IMG/VR virus record: IMGVR_UViG_3300033076_000210
Location: 29,930 to 93,929 of that record
DNA: 64,000 bases
Origin: a virus
Taxonomy: Duplodnaviria; Caudoviricetes
Direction: 5' to 3' (one strand)
A program made the position numbers and the translations under genes. Numbering within the stretch: position 1 is the stretch's first letter; every line of letters begins with the position of its first letter. This document shows positions 8,832-18,865 of the stretch, in pieces. The notes beneath the pieces are model-generated. The model ran no database searches and was not told where the DNA came from. It saw only the letters and a list, made by a program, of their open reading frames with translations.

Positions 8832-9475
8832 TGTATCAATCACACGGATGGTGGTTCCCGGACCAAGACACGCATTTTGCAGGAATGTTAGAAAAGAATA
8901 TTAAAAAGGGCGGCGGTCCAGTTTATCAAGAACCTGTTCGTAAAGTCAGCATAGGGCTTTGTGATCGTAAAGGACTTGCACTAGATATTGGCGCAAACGT
9001 TGGGCTTTGGAGCAAGGATCTATGCGAATCCTTTGAACAAGTTATTGCGTTTGAACCTGTTGCCGACTTTAGATCTTGTTTGCTAAAGAACGTAGTCGCA
9101 TCTAACTTTGAAGTTTGTGCTTGTGCATTAGGCGAAAGTGATACTCATATCAACATGATTATTACTGCCGAGAATACCGGTCACAGCCATGTCGATACTT
9201 CGAGTATTGGCGCAGGCTCTATTCCAATGTATAGATTAGATAGTTTAAACTTGCCCCAAATTGATTATATCAAGATTGATTGTGAAGGATACGAAAATAC
9301 AATCCTCAGAGGTGCCAAAGAAACTATCCTAAAGTATAAACCTATCATGGTTGTGGAACACAAAAAGCACAAGGATGTAGGGCACACAGACACAGCACAA
9401 GCATTGGACACCCTGGTCAGCTGGGGTGCAAAAATCTTGACTTCGGTCAAGAACGACTATGTGTTAGGTTGGTAA
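8831..9475 (+). CDS. FkbM-family SAM-dependent methyltransferase
   Basis: LDIGANVG, AFEP, ALG, LDS, IKIDCEGYE..ILRGA. Confidence 0.9.
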   Translation: MYQSHGWWFPDQDTHFAGMLEKNIKKGGGPVYQEPVRKVSIGLCDRKGLALDIGANVGLWSKDLCESFEQVIAFEPVADFRSCLLKNVVASNFEVCACALGESDTHINMIITAENTGHSHVDTSSIGAGSIPMYRLDSLNLPQIDYIKIDCEGYENTILRGAKETILKYKPIMVVEHKKHKDVGHTDTAQALDTLVSWGAKILTSVKNDYVLGW

Positions 9476-10351
9476 AAACGGTTTAAACTTTTTATAGATT
9501 AACCCAGCTCTACTCTCATTATCTGTCCAGTGAGCTGCTGATAAGTCCCAAATCCATTGATCTCTTACCGGGGTCAATGGATTTTCAATTTGTGTTAAGT
9601 CTGTGTTAGCAACTTGCCAGGCCACACAATCAGGATCTGTTGCAAATACAGGTACACCCGCAAGTATAGATGCAACACAGCTCGAGCTATTAAAAAATAC
9701 ACTAGCCCAGGCGTTTTGTAAATCTTGCTGTAGAGTAGACCCTTGACTAAATCGCACATTTGGGATTGAATCAAATAGGTTTGTCTGCATAGGGTTTTTT
9801 GGATGCGGTCTAACAATAACAGGCCTATTGGTTATTTTTCTAATTTTTTGTACGGTATCTAATGCCCACTGGTTCATATTGACACCTTTCATGGACCAGC
9901 CCCCGTCACGTTGTCCACATACTAAAATATGATTACCGTTGTTACGCCAAGGCAGCAACTCAAGATTTAACTGTTGCTTTATTTGATTCCATTTCTCGGG
10001 CCCGCTGTTTTTGTTAGCATACTCGTCAGTATTATAGTATACACCATCCAAACTATAACGTAGGAAAATACTTGTAGGGTCTGCAAATTTAAAACAACTG
10101 CCGTCAATGCTCATTACTTTTTGACTAGCAATTACATCCTTGCGAAGTTGTATGTGCGGTCCTTTGATGCTTTGGCCCACCCATCCCAAAATAACACCAA
10201 GCCGAGCAGGAACAACTTGTGTTCTAGTTTGCAATGTTGTATTCAGGCCAAGTGTAGTAGCACCTTGGGCAAATGCTGTTAATACTTCGACTTTTCTATC
10301 TCGATCTGCAATTCTCGGAAGACTGCTGAGATACACTGCTACATCATACAT
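9464..10351 (-). CDS. KpsC/KpsS-like capsule biosynthesis glycosyltransferase
   Basis: LLPWR..G.HILVCGQ, VIVRPHP, FFNSSSCVASILAGVPVF. Confidence 0.65.
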   Translation of the reverse strand: MYDVAVYLSSLPRIADRDRKVEVLTAFAQGATTLGLNTTLQTRTQVVPARLGVILGWVGQSIKGPHIQLRKDVIASQKVMSIDGSCFKFADPTSIFLRYSLDGVYYNTDEYANKNSGPEKWNQIKQQLNLELLPWRNNGNHILVCGQRDGGWSMKGVNMNQWALDTVQKIRKITNRPVIVRPHPKNPMQTNLFDSIPNVRFSQGSTLQQDLQNAWASVFFNSSSCVASILAGVPVFATDPDCVAWQVANTDLTQIENPLTPVRDQWIWDLSAAHWTDNESRAGLIYKKFKPFLPT

Positions 10352-11417
10352 GATATTTCTCTATTATCTTCCAAGCTGTGCCATTTTGCATTTCTTTTTT
10401 AGTAAACTGACTGTATGTTAACGCACACAACCAATCACCAATAGGGCCACGATACAAGTTGTTTATGTCTGATATTTGTGTTCTTGCAACCGGAGTACTG
10501 ATATGGGTGTTTAATGTAATAATCGGAACTCCGGCCCAGACAGATTCAATTGCCGCAGCACTAGAGTCTGAGATTACACAATAATAATCATCTGACGACA
10601 TAAGAAGATCGTATACCGAGTTTCGAGTTTTGCGATCCATATCTTTAACACGATATTCAACTGGACGGTCGGTATAATTAACCAATTCACTTGTAATTTT
10701 GTCTCGCCATGTATTTCGATCTGTGTTTAACATGCGGTAGTGAGAATCGCTGCTTTCTACTACTAATATTTTGGTCCCTTTGGTTCTCCACGGTTGCGGT
10801 GTATGTTCCAGTAGTGTTAGTCTGTCAGCTGGGAAATTTAAATGCGATAAACTTTGATGTATGTGGTTGTGACACAATCTATGCCAAGGCTTGCCTTTTG
10901 CTGCAATAAAGTTAGTATATCCTGCGTCAGTAAACCAAAACTCGCTGCCTGCAAGTAATCTAGCCTTAATAGATTCCTCGTTGTTGATAACATTTCGAAT
11001 TATAGTAGGGTCTGCAAAGTTAGTATCGTCAACAATGTATTTGACATCAGTTGATATATGTCTTGCAACATTTTTTATAAATCCATTATGTGTAGGATCT
11101 GCATACCAAGCTAGTAATTGAGATGTGCTTATGCCAGACGACGGGTATTTGCTAGCTAACCAATTTATCAGAGATCGATATTGCTTTTTATAATCAATTA
11201 CCAAACGGTCTGTATGCTGCTCAAGGCATCGACGAATTAAATTATTAACCTCTGCAAAGTTTATATCTAATAGACAAGTCTTGTCCAACCTCTTTTGAAC
11301 TTTGTCGATATACTCATCAAGCTCGCGGTAATTAATACCTTCTTTTTTGTAAGAGTGTATTAAAATTTGTTTTGCTAGAGGCTCTACTAGTTCTTCTCGA
11401 TTAACTATTACTTGCAT
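10344..11417 (-). CDS. KpsC/KpsS-like glycosyltransferase
   Basis: DAGY, PWRTKGTKILVV, YTDRPVEYR, SSAAAIESVWAGVPII, LTYSQFTKKEMQNG. Confidence 0.6.
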   Translation of the reverse strand: MQVIVNREELVEPLAKQILIHSYKKEGINYRELDEYIDKVQKRLDKTCLLDINFAEVNNLIRRCLEQHTDRLVIDYKKQYRSLINWLASKYPSSGISTSQLLAWYADPTHNGFIKNVARHISTDVKYIVDDTNFADPTIIRNVINNEESIKARLLAGSEFWFTDAGYTNFIAAKGKPWHRLCHNHIHQSLSHLNFPADRLTLLEHTPQPWRTKGTKILVVESSDSHYRMLNTDRNTWRDKITSELVNYTDRPVEYRVKDMDRKTRNSVYDLLMSSDDYYCVISDSSAAAIESVWAGVPIITLNTHISTPVARTQISDINNLYRGPIGDWLCALTYSQFTKKEMQNGTAWKIIEKYHV

Positions 11418-12192
11418 AATTTTCCTGCAACATCCTCCAGGCAATACCTTTGCGCATTTCTGCTAATGTAAATTGATTATAACTCAGCCAACACAACAAC
11501 TTTTCAACTTCCTGGTAATCAATATCGTCCAAGCAGTCAATCTTTTCAATTGGCTGGCTAAGTTGCGTTACTGAACTAGGACCCAAACTAACCACTGGTA
11601 TACCATGTTGAACTGATTCAGTTCCGCAGTTGCTAGTCCATAACACAACAGCACTAACATCATTTTGCAACGCATCAGCAAATGTGTCTGTAAACACCCG
11701 CACTTGCCTACTAGGCGGACGATGTCTAATTTCAATCGGTCTGTCTGTGTATTGTTTTATTAATTCTACAGTGTTTTGTATCCATTGCTCCGGGGCAGGC
11801 AACTGATAACAACTACACACCTTGGGATCCGGTGGCACAATCAAAATTTTTTTACCTCGACGATATTGATTTCTGTCTATTGGTAACCGAGCTAGTCGAC
11901 GATTATCCTTAGGCTGTATACTGTAGATGTTTTGATGATTGTTTTTAGTGACACGAAACCAATACTTGTCTTTGATATTTCCCAGGTACCCAGTGTCAAT
12001 ATACCACCAATCAAGATTGTGGGTTTGTGCCTGTGTTCTAGCAAGACTCTTGCTTATACCCGAAATGGCCATGGGAATGGATGTGTTCGATAACACTTCT
12101 TCATCGGTGGCCATACGACCGCCAAGATATTCAACAAAAGGACCTACCCATTTTGCTTTCTTGGCGTATCCAAGCATAGGTGTATCACTCAT
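11401..12192 (-). CDS. KpsC/KpsS-like glycosyltransferase
   Basis: YIDTGY, KILIVPP, YTDRPIEIRHRP, TSNCGTESVQHGIPVV, LSYNQFTLAEMRKG. Confidence 0.6.
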   Translation of the reverse strand: MSDTPMLGYAKKAKWVGPFVEYLGGRMATDEEVLSNTSIPMAISGISKSLARTQAQTHNLDWWYIDTGYLGNIKDKYWFRVTKNNHQNIYSIQPKDNRRLARLPIDRNQYRRGKKILIVPPDPKVCSCYQLPAPEQWIQNTVELIKQYTDRPIEIRHRPPSRQVRVFTDTFADALQNDVSAVVLWTSNCGTESVQHGIPVVSLGPSSVTQLSQPIEKIDCLDDIDYQEVEKLLCWLSYNQFTLAEMRKGIAWRMLQENYASNS

Positions 12193-12997
12193 TAAGGATT
12201 TTCCAGGCTGTTCCGTTGCTCATTTCTTCAAATGTGAACTGACTATAACTTAGGTGTCTAAGCCATGCGTCTCGTTCGTCAATTGTTGGAATTCGCGGAG
12301 ATTCAATTTCATTTAATGATTGACTGCATAACATACCAGCAGCATTAGGGCCAAGAGTAATTGCAGGCTTGCCAAGAATTAATGCTTCCACTGCTGCTAC
12401 ACTATTGTATGTTACTAGACAATGGATATCATCGGCTAGTGCCTCTTCGATTGTGTCGTTTTTTAATCGTTCGGTACGTGGACGTTTGTCTCTAATTACA
12501 ATCGGACGATCGGTGTATTTTTTAATTTCAGCAACAGTTTCCGCGATCCACTGTTGTTGATCTATATTCCATAGACTAAAACTTTTAGAACTAGGCGGAG
12601 CTAATAATATTTTTTTACCCGATGTGAATGGTTTTACATTTACGTGGCACGGAGCTAACCTGTCTGCAGGACGATCAATTAATGCCCTAATGTCATGCAC
12701 ATGATCTTTGATAATTCTAAACCAAACTTTGCTGCGAAGATTTCCAAAATACCCGTTGTCAATATAATAGAATGTTCTTTCTGTGCGCCAGCATTCCTGC
12801 ACCATTGATTGAAATTTCATTCCTCGAATACACAATGGATTAGTAACACCGGGCTGAAAGGCCTGTTGTCCGCTGACTGATACACCGTTACAGCCATCAC
12901 GAAATCTATCAATGAATGCCGATTGTCTTTCCTTAACAGGATGGTCGTGTACTTTGCGGTTTATGCATAGCACTTGCCCTGGTACTAGGTCAGTCAT
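12185..12997 (-). CDS. KpsC/KpsS-like glycosyltransferase
   Basis: YIDNGY, KILLAPP, YTDRPIVIR, TYNSVAAVEALILGKPAI, LSYSQFTFEEMSNG. Confidence 0.6.
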   Translation of the reverse strand: MTDLVPGQVLCINRKVHDHPVKERQSAFIDRFRDGCNGVSVSGQQAFQPGVTNPLCIRGMKFQSMVQECWRTERTFYYIDNGYFGNLRSKVWFRIIKDHVHDIRALIDRPADRLAPCHVNVKPFTSGKKILLAPPSSKSFSLWNIDQQQWIAETVAEIKKYTDRPIVIRDKRPRTERLKNDTIEEALADDIHCLVTYNSVAAVEALILGKPAITLGPNAAGMLCSQSLNEIESPRIPTIDERDAWLRHLSYSQFTFEEMSNGTAWKILNE

Positions 12998-13689
12998 TGA
13001 ATATCTTTCCGTTGTACACAATAGTCAGCAAGCATGTGCTCTCGGTGCCATTCGTCCCCTTGCGGTGTATTAGCAAACTCGTGGAAGCACGGAGTTCCTA
13101 GAGTATAATGCAATAATTTAGCATCAGGGTTTGGCCCAAACTCATCCGGTAACCAGTTCCATTCCTTAGGCAACTCAAAGATGCGGTCATCTTCAATCCA
13201 TGTAAATCTATGTAGTTCTGCGCCAGTGGATTTTTCAATAAACTCAGGTGTTAGCTTGCGATTAGGGTGAGAGTTACAATTCCATATTATAACGCTCGAC
13301 CAATTTTTGCGAGGATAGTCTTCGTTTTTTGCACCAAGATACTTCTCTGTCATTCGAGTTTTGTAATTGTGCTTGACCACAGCAACGTCCCAATAGACTG
13401 TTTCATTGGTCAGATTCCATAATTTTACAATGTCATCTCGAACAATCATATCGCCATCGATAAAAATTGCTTTGCCGGTGTATTCCATTAGGTGCGGTAC
13501 AAGGAATCTACTGTAGATAAAATGATTTGATCCATCGGTATGTGTTTCAGTATAGTCCTCAAACAAGTTCAATGCTAAAGGAATAATAGCAACGGGCTTG
13601 GATGCATGTCTAATAATTGAGTTAGCGCATGTGTGGTATGCTACAGCTTCTCTTGGATCGTATCCGATAAAAATTGGGATTGGTTTCAT
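12994..13689 (-). CDS. GT-A glycosyltransferase (GT8/CDI-like)
   Basis: IFIGYDPRE, FIYSRFLVP, FIDGDM (DxD), YPRKNWSS, LLHYTLGTP. Confidence 0.85.
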   Translation of the reverse strand: MKPIPIFIGYDPREAVAYHTCANSIIRHASKPVAIIPLALNLFEDYTETHTDGSNHFIYSRFLVPHLMEYTGKAIFIDGDMIVRDDIVKLWNLTNETVYWDVAVVKHNYKTRMTEKYLGAKNEDYPRKNWSSVIIWNCNSHPNRKLTPEFIEKSTGAELHRFTWIEDDRIFELPKEWNWLPDEFGPNPDAKLLHYTLGTPCFHEFANTPQGDEWHREHMLADYCVQRKDIQ

Positions 13690-14438
13690 TTGCGTTCTAT
13701 ATCTTCCTCAATACATTGCTTGCCGTATTGTATTTCAACTACCTTAACGGGTAAATCAAAAGGGTTAGTTAGTTGGTGCCACTCACGAATAGGCACTTTG
13801 TATTCATCGTGGGGTGTCAACGTCACTCGGGGCAACGCATATCCATTGCTCATCTGACTGTTTACAACAGCACTACCTTCGCTAACAATCCAATATTCAG
13901 CGCGGCTTTGATGTCGTTGCATGCTTAAACTACATCCTGGATTAACTGTAAGTTCTTTGACTTTCATACCCGGGACTTCATGTAGCACACGATAGTAACC
14001 CCAATCTCGATAAGTTTTAGGCGCCTTCCAGTCTTCAAGAATCCAACTAGAGCTGTTCTTTTTATCCTCGCCGCCGACCCCAAACACAAACTCGACGTCG
14101 TCGAACACCATTTCGGGAATGTTGTCTGCTGTTCTGTCTCCGCCATTGGCAAAGATTATTTTAGCATCAGGATACATTTGCTTCACTAATGCAATGGCAT
14201 CGCAAGCAGAGTTATCTGAGTCGTTGAATAAAACGCAATCATCAACTGATTTTAAATTAGCAACTATTGCCATACGCTCATGCACTGGCATAAAAGAACG
14301 GCCTTTTTTACGTTGCAACCAGGCATCGCTGTTAACTCCGACAATTAGTTTATCACCTAACAGTTTTGCTGCGTTAAAATAAGCAATGTGACCACTGTGT
14401 AGCGGATCAAACCCGCCTGTAACAATTACAATTTTCAT
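13686..14438 (-). CDS. cytidylyltransferase-family (RfaE/TagD-like) domain fused to a mannose-6-phosphate isomerase type II-like cupin
   Basis: GGFDPLHSGH (HxGH), GVNSD, ANGGDR; C-terminal WGYY, LSMQRHQSRAEYW, EIQYG..CIEEDIER. Confidence 0.9.
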   Translation of the reverse strand: MKIVIVTGGFDPLHSGHIAYFNAAKLLGDKLIVGVNSDAWLQRKKGRSFMPVHERMAIVANLKSVDDCVLFNDSDNSACDAIALVKQMYPDAKIIFANGGDRTADNIPEMVFDDVEFVFGVGGEDKKNSSSWILEDWKAPKTYRDWGYYRVLHEVPGMKVKELTVNPGCSLSMQRHQSRAEYWIVSEGSAVVNSQMSNGYALPRVTLTPHDEYKVPIREWHQLTNPFDLPVKVVEIQYGKQCIEEDIERK

Positions 14439-14446
14439 GCCAATAT

Positions 14447-15244
14447 TTATTGGTGTATTTGATACTGTTCTACTAAATCGGCAGGTACAGTAGTGTCAAA
14501 TTCTGCTCTGTTGAATTGGCTCCAACAGATATGTTCCCACCATGCCGCACGATCAGGATACCGAGGATTGGCTAGATTCTCTATACCTCCCATTAGTAAA
14601 GTTGTCAGTGAGTTATCTACTGTGTACGCAGGCACACCTAACAAACAAGATTCAACACAGGCCATAGTACGTTCGCCTACTACAGCATAGGCCCCAGCTG
14701 CTTGTTCTTGAAATGTTTCAAATCTAGAGAATTTAGCGCCAACCTTTTTACGCCATTTAATTGGGCCGGTCCAATAAGGACTTATTGCATCTGTAATGCG
14801 CTGTCTAAACGCATCCATGTTTTCACCAGTGCGTTCAGTTAAGATCGCTTCCACTGGCTGTATAGCCAATACATATTCTCCGGGTGTTGTTCGCCATGAT
14901 TGATGAATAGGATAAGGAAATAAATGCGACCTAGTATAAGGAACTTGGCGCATGTTCATATTATGATGACCGTTGTAGGTTACCCTGCGTGTTTCTCGTC
15001 GAGGTGTGTCCGGTCCCCAATAACCGTATTCTATTTCAATGTACGGACGCCCTTCGGCTATGTATTCTGTTAAAGGACTCCACCAAGGAGCATAATGACT
15101 ACTGATTAAGATATAGTCATCGGGAACTTTGGCAACAGTTGAAAATTCTTTGAGTCCTTTTTTGCGCCACGGAGTCAATGTCCATTTGGCATGTTCTCCG
15201 GGCATGTCATGTGCATAAGCGTATTTCACTGCTGCCCATACCAT
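14447..15244 (-). CDS. divergent KpsC/KpsS-like glycosyltransferase paralogue
   Basis: IEYGYW, TMACVESCLLGVPAY, ICWSQFNRAEF parallel the neighbouring paralogues. Confidence 0.5.
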   Translation of the reverse strand: MVWAAVKYAYAHDMPGEHAKWTLTPWRKKGLKEFSTVAKVPDDYILISSHYAPWWSPLTEYIAEGRPYIEIEYGYWGPDTPRRETRRVTYNGHHNMNMRQVPYTRSHLFPYPIHQSWRTTPGEYVLAIQPVEAILTERTGENMDAFRQRITDAISPYWTGPIKWRKKVGAKFSRFETFQEQAAGAYAVVGERTMACVESCLLGVPAYTVDNSLTTLLMGGIENLANPRYPDRAAWWEHICWSQFNRAEFDTTVPADLVEQYQIHQ

Positions 15245-15981
15245 GTTAAACTTTTATCTAGCCATGGTAATACCAATTCATCTTGTATTACATATCCGTG
15301 ACGTTGTACGCTAGCTGCTGCTGTTTCTGGCAACAATCCCCGGTCTGCAAGTTGGTACCAGGTAGTGTGAAGATCTTGTGGTTCAATCTCACTGCGATAC
15401 ACTACTACATGCAGCCATGGATCCATAGCTGCTTTCTTAAAGAAACCACACGAGCAGTCCCACCCAGTAACTGCTAACATGTGCATGAGATTAACAAGGC
15501 TATAATGATAGTAGCTGCCGTTGGGCTGCATAAAGGACATCCGTCGATGTTCAATATTTGTAGTTTGGGGAACAGTTAAACATAGCATAGCTCCCGGCTC
15601 AGCAATGTTCCACCATAGTTTCAATGTGTCAAGTGGGCGCAATGCATATTGAAAACTGTCGTGGCACCATAACACATCGTATTTTTTCTTCTTGGGCGTG
15701 AATACTTGATGCTCAAAATCATTACGCTGATACACAATGTTTGAGTATTTCCTGGCCATTGGCATGTTGTCTGCTAGATCTAGTGCAGTACAGCTGATAT
15801 TCAGCGGTTCTGGATTTTCATCTCGTGTGGTTCGTGTTGCCCACCATTCAATATCCAATCCAGAGCCGCAACCTAGATCAATTAATGTGTCAATACTAGC
15901 CATAAAATCGTCATGCTCGTATAGCCAGTTTAAAGTTTCTAAACTGTGAGCATGACTTTCTTCGGGGTTTCTAAAAAACAT
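15226..15981 (-). CDS. class I SAM-dependent methyltransferase
   Basis: LIDLGCGSG, YDVLWCHDSFQY, EPGAML; start at 15981 coupled to uvsY stop. Confidence 0.8.
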   Translation of the reverse strand: MFFRNPEESHAHSLETLNWLYEHDDFMASIDTLIDLGCGSGLDIEWWATRTTRDENPEPLNISCTALDLADNMPMARKYSNIVYQRNDFEHQVFTPKKKKYDVLWCHDSFQYALRPLDTLKLWWNIAEPGAMLCLTVPQTTNIEHRRMSFMQPNGSYYHYSLVNLMHMLAVTGWDCSCGFFKKAAMDPWLHVVVYRSEIEPQDLHTTWYQLADRGLLPETAAASVQRHGYVIQDELVLPWLDKSLTWYGQQ

Positions 15982-16433
15982 TATACTGAGATATCTTCCA
16001 TACCAGCTGTGCGTAATCTCACAATGTGTCCCATTTGCCACTGCTTGGTTTCGAGACCCTTGAGAATACCCAACCACTTGTTTCTCAACAATGCAACTTC
16101 GTTGATAATAGTCTCGAAGTCGACTACTTCGTCCTCGCCATCTACATACTTTTCAGCATCTCTTGACGTTAGAGCACGAGCGTAGGCTTCGAGATATTTT
16201 TGGAAATGTTTTCTACGAATCTTACGTAGTTGAATGTTAAGAAAGTTTAACACCGCTTCAATCTCTTGTAATTGATTAAAGCGATGTTCTGTTAATCCGG
16301 GCAATTCTTTGATGTTGCGTTCGACTAATCCCCCGATACGACAGTCAGATTTAGCGGTTGTTAGTTCATTCTCGTAGTGCTGAATGAAATCAGGAATATT
16401 TCCTAAATCGGCTACTACACGGCTATACCACAT
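15981..16433 (-). CDS. uvsY: UvsY-like recombination mediator
   Basis: 150-aa helical protein, DAEKYVDGE, LKGLETKQWQ; adjacent to uvsX. Confidence 0.75.
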   Translation of the reverse strand: MWYSRVVADLGNIPDFIQHYENELTTAKSDCRIGGLVERNIKELPGLTEHRFNQLQEIEAVLNFLNIQLRKIRRKHFQKYLEAYARALTSRDAEKYVDGEDEVVDFETIINEVALLRNKWLGILKGLETKQWQMGHIVRLRTAGMEDISV

Positions 16434-16672
16434 TAGTCTTCCCAGTCAATGTCGTCCTCAGATTCCTCGTCGAACTCTTCCTGATCACTGTTGATATATG
16501 ATGCGATTGCTAGTTTGATATCTTTGTCGCCTGCAAAGGCTGTTTTAATATCTTCTGGATCGCAATCATTGTCAACTAGCACACTCACAAGATTTTCTGC
16601 GGCTTCACCACGATCTACAACGTTAATATAACGTTTTAGTTCATCCCAAATTACGCTTGCCATTTGCTCCAT
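16433..16672 (-). CDS. hypothetical protein with acidic tail
   Basis: 79 aa, TAATG-coupled on both sides. Confidence 0.7.
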   Translation of the reverse strand: MEQMASVIWDELKRYINVVDRGEAAENLVSVLVDNDCDPEDIKTAFAGDKDIKLAIASYINSDQEEFDEESEDDIDWED

Positions 16673-17727
16673 TATTCGGCATCCTCCTCAACAGTAGTTA
16701 CCTCTTCTTTCTGATTCTTGAAATCTTCCATAACTTTGTCGAGACATCCTTCGTCGTTCTTTTCCCATGCCTTGCGGAACTTCTTGATGATTTCACCGTC
16801 ACTGAGTGTAAACACCAAGCTATTGCCTTCACGCTTGAGCATTTCTTTCTTTTCAATCAAGTCAACAAGACCCGAGTATGGACTCATACCTGTTGTATAA
16901 GGAATCTTGACTTGAACGCCTTCAAATGGCTTGGCATAGCGTGTTTTCATGATCTTACATGCAGCACGAATACCGTTAACGTCCGACACTTTGTTGCCGT
17001 CCTCGTCCTCTTTGAGCTTGAGTTTCTTCATAGCAACAACAATTGAGCTAGCGTAGATAAAGCCTTGACCGCCGGAGATTTTGTCATCTGGGTCAAACAT
17101 ATCTTGACTTGCATAGGTGTGGTTAGTAGCAACTAAACCAACGTTGTATGCGCCAAACATGTTTACACAGTTACGAACCAGTGCTGTCAGTGCTTTGGGC
17201 TTGCGACCCAAGTCACCTTTTAAGTCACCTGCATCAAACTGGTTAATGTCAGTTGGGGTCAACAACATACCCAATGAGTCAATGACAAACAACACCTTGG
17301 GGCGATCTGCTTCTGCCAGTGCTTTGTAATCGCTCATGAATGTGGAAATTGTTTTAGCAACGTCATCGATCATGGCCATGCTCAATTTAAGCAACTTGCT
17401 TTCACTTGTGTCAACACCGAGTGCTTTGAGCCAATCCTCGTCAAGAGCGTTTTCAGAGTCAACTAGCACAACAAAGATACCTTGTTCTTGTGCATGTTTA
17501 ACAATATTGCCCGAGCAGATGTATGATTTACCTGCGCCAGAGTCGCCAGCAAACACAGTAACTTTACCCAGGGGGATTCCACGGTTGAAATCGCCAGAGA
17601 TCAAATAGTTTAAGGCATAGTTGCCTGTTGAGATCCAATCTGTTGGATCGTTGAAGCCAATGCTTAGGCCGTCAATGCTTTTTGTAATTTCCTTACGGAA
17701 CTTTGAGACGTCAAATGGTTTTGCCAT
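16672..17727 (-). CDS. uvsX: UvsX/RecA-like recombinase
   Basis: STGNYALN, AGDSGAGKS Walker A, DSENA, VIDSLGML Walker B, SGG. Confidence 0.93.
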   Translation of the reverse strand: MAKPFDVSKFRKEITKSIDGLSIGFNDPTDWISTGNYALNYLISGDFNRGIPLGKVTVFAGDSGAGKSYICSGNIVKHAQEQGIFVVLVDSENALDEDWLKALGVDTSESKLLKLSMAMIDDVAKTISTFMSDYKALAEADRPKVLFVIDSLGMLLTPTDINQFDAGDLKGDLGRKPKALTALVRNCVNMFGAYNVGLVATNHTYASQDMFDPDDKISGGQGFIYASSIVVAMKKLKLKEDEDGNKVSDVNGIRAACKIMKTRYAKPFEGVQVKIPYTTGMSPYSGLVDLIEKKEMLKREGNSLVFTLSDGEIIKKFRKAWEKNDEGCLDKVMEDFKNQKEEVTTVEEDAE

Positions 17728-17752
17728 ATATTACCTATGTATAAAGAAAGGA

Positions 17753-17774
17753 ACACACGGGTTGCCCCGTGTGT
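17753..17774. terminator. hairpin/terminator between gp32 and uvsX
   Basis: ACACACGGG-TTGC-CCCGTGTGT. Confidence 0.65.
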
Positions 17775-17785
17775 GTTTTTGCTGA

Positions 17786-18787
17786 TTACTTCTGTTGACG
17801 GCTACGAATCATAGCCAAGATGTCTTCGGCCTTTTGTGTAGGCGCTGCTGGTTTAGCAACTGGTGCTGCTGCTTCAGCAGGTTCATCTTCCCAAGCAGGT
17901 GTTTCTGCCTTAGGTGCTGCGGTAGGGGCAGGTGCTGCCTTTGCTACTGGAGCAGGAGTGTCTTCATCTGCGGATGCTGTGCTACCACCTGGTGCTTGAA
18001 CACCAGCAGGACGGAAGTATTGACCCCAGCGTTCTGTGTCGTATGGCTGGCCATCAACTGATGCTTCAAACATCTCTTTGATCACACGCAGTTCAACATC
18101 GCCTGGGCGCTTGGGCAAGAATGTGCTCAAGTCAAACAACCCGTGTGCTTCAACAGCGGCTTGTTCTGCTTCTGTCAGTGCAGATTCTTTACGTGCCCAC
18201 TTTGAAGTAGAGTAGTCAGCATAACCACCTTTTTGTGTTTTGCTGATACGGAAGTCCAAACCACGCAATGCGTCTGTTGGCAATTCTTCTGTTTCTGGAT
18301 CCATCAATACAGCTTTGATAGTTGCAAACAACTGTGGGCCAATGATGAACTTGCGGATTGGATTGTCTGGTGTAGTGTCATCAGCAATTGGGTTCTCGCG
18401 AACAAAGCCTTGCATGATGTAGCTACGCTTTTTCCAGTACTTGCGACCCATTTCTTCAAGGCTCTTGTCCTTGAACCATGTGCGAACTTCTGCCAAGATT
18501 GGGCAAGAGTTTGGTTCCCACATTTCAACGCATGGTACCTGAACCATGACTTGCTTCGAGTCCATTTCGCCTTTGATGCCAGCGAAAGGTAATCGAATCA
18601 TTTGACGTTCGACCCAGAAAAATGTGTTCTTTGAATTTCCGTCTGGAAGAAAACGGAGTGTTGCGGATTGACCTTCTTCCATGTTCCAGTGAGGGTAAAT
18701 TGATTTATCACCACCACCTGCGGATTGCCCGCCTTGTTTGTTTTCTGCTGCCTGTAAACGTGCGCGAATTTCTGCTAAAGATGCCAT
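17786..18787 (-). CDS. gp32: T4 gp32-like single-stranded DNA-binding protein
   Basis: LRFLP, C...CPI, YWKKRSY, GLDFRI.KT.KGGYADYSTS; Ala/Pro linker and short C-terminal helix. Confidence 0.9.
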   Translation of the reverse strand: MASLAEIRARLQAAENKQGGQSAGGGDKSIYPHWNMEEGQSATLRFLPDGNSKNTFFWVERQMIRLPFAGIKGEMDSKQVMVQVPCVEMWEPNSCPILAEVRTWFKDKSLEEMGRKYWKKRSYIMQGFVRENPIADDTTPDNPIRKFIIGPQLFATIKAVLMDPETEELPTDALRGLDFRISKTQKGGYADYSTSKWARKESALTEAEQAAVEAHGLFDLSTFLPKRPGDVELRVIKEMFEASVDGQPYDTERWGQYFRPAGVQAPGGSTASADEDTPAPVAKAAPAPTAAPKAETPAWEDEPAEAAAPVAKPAAPTQKAEDILAMIRSRQQK

Positions 18788-18865
18788 AGTATATTCTCCT
18801 TAAAAATGTTGCCTATGTATATGCTTGTTATCTAATTTTAGATGCTGCCTGTGCATACAAGTTGT

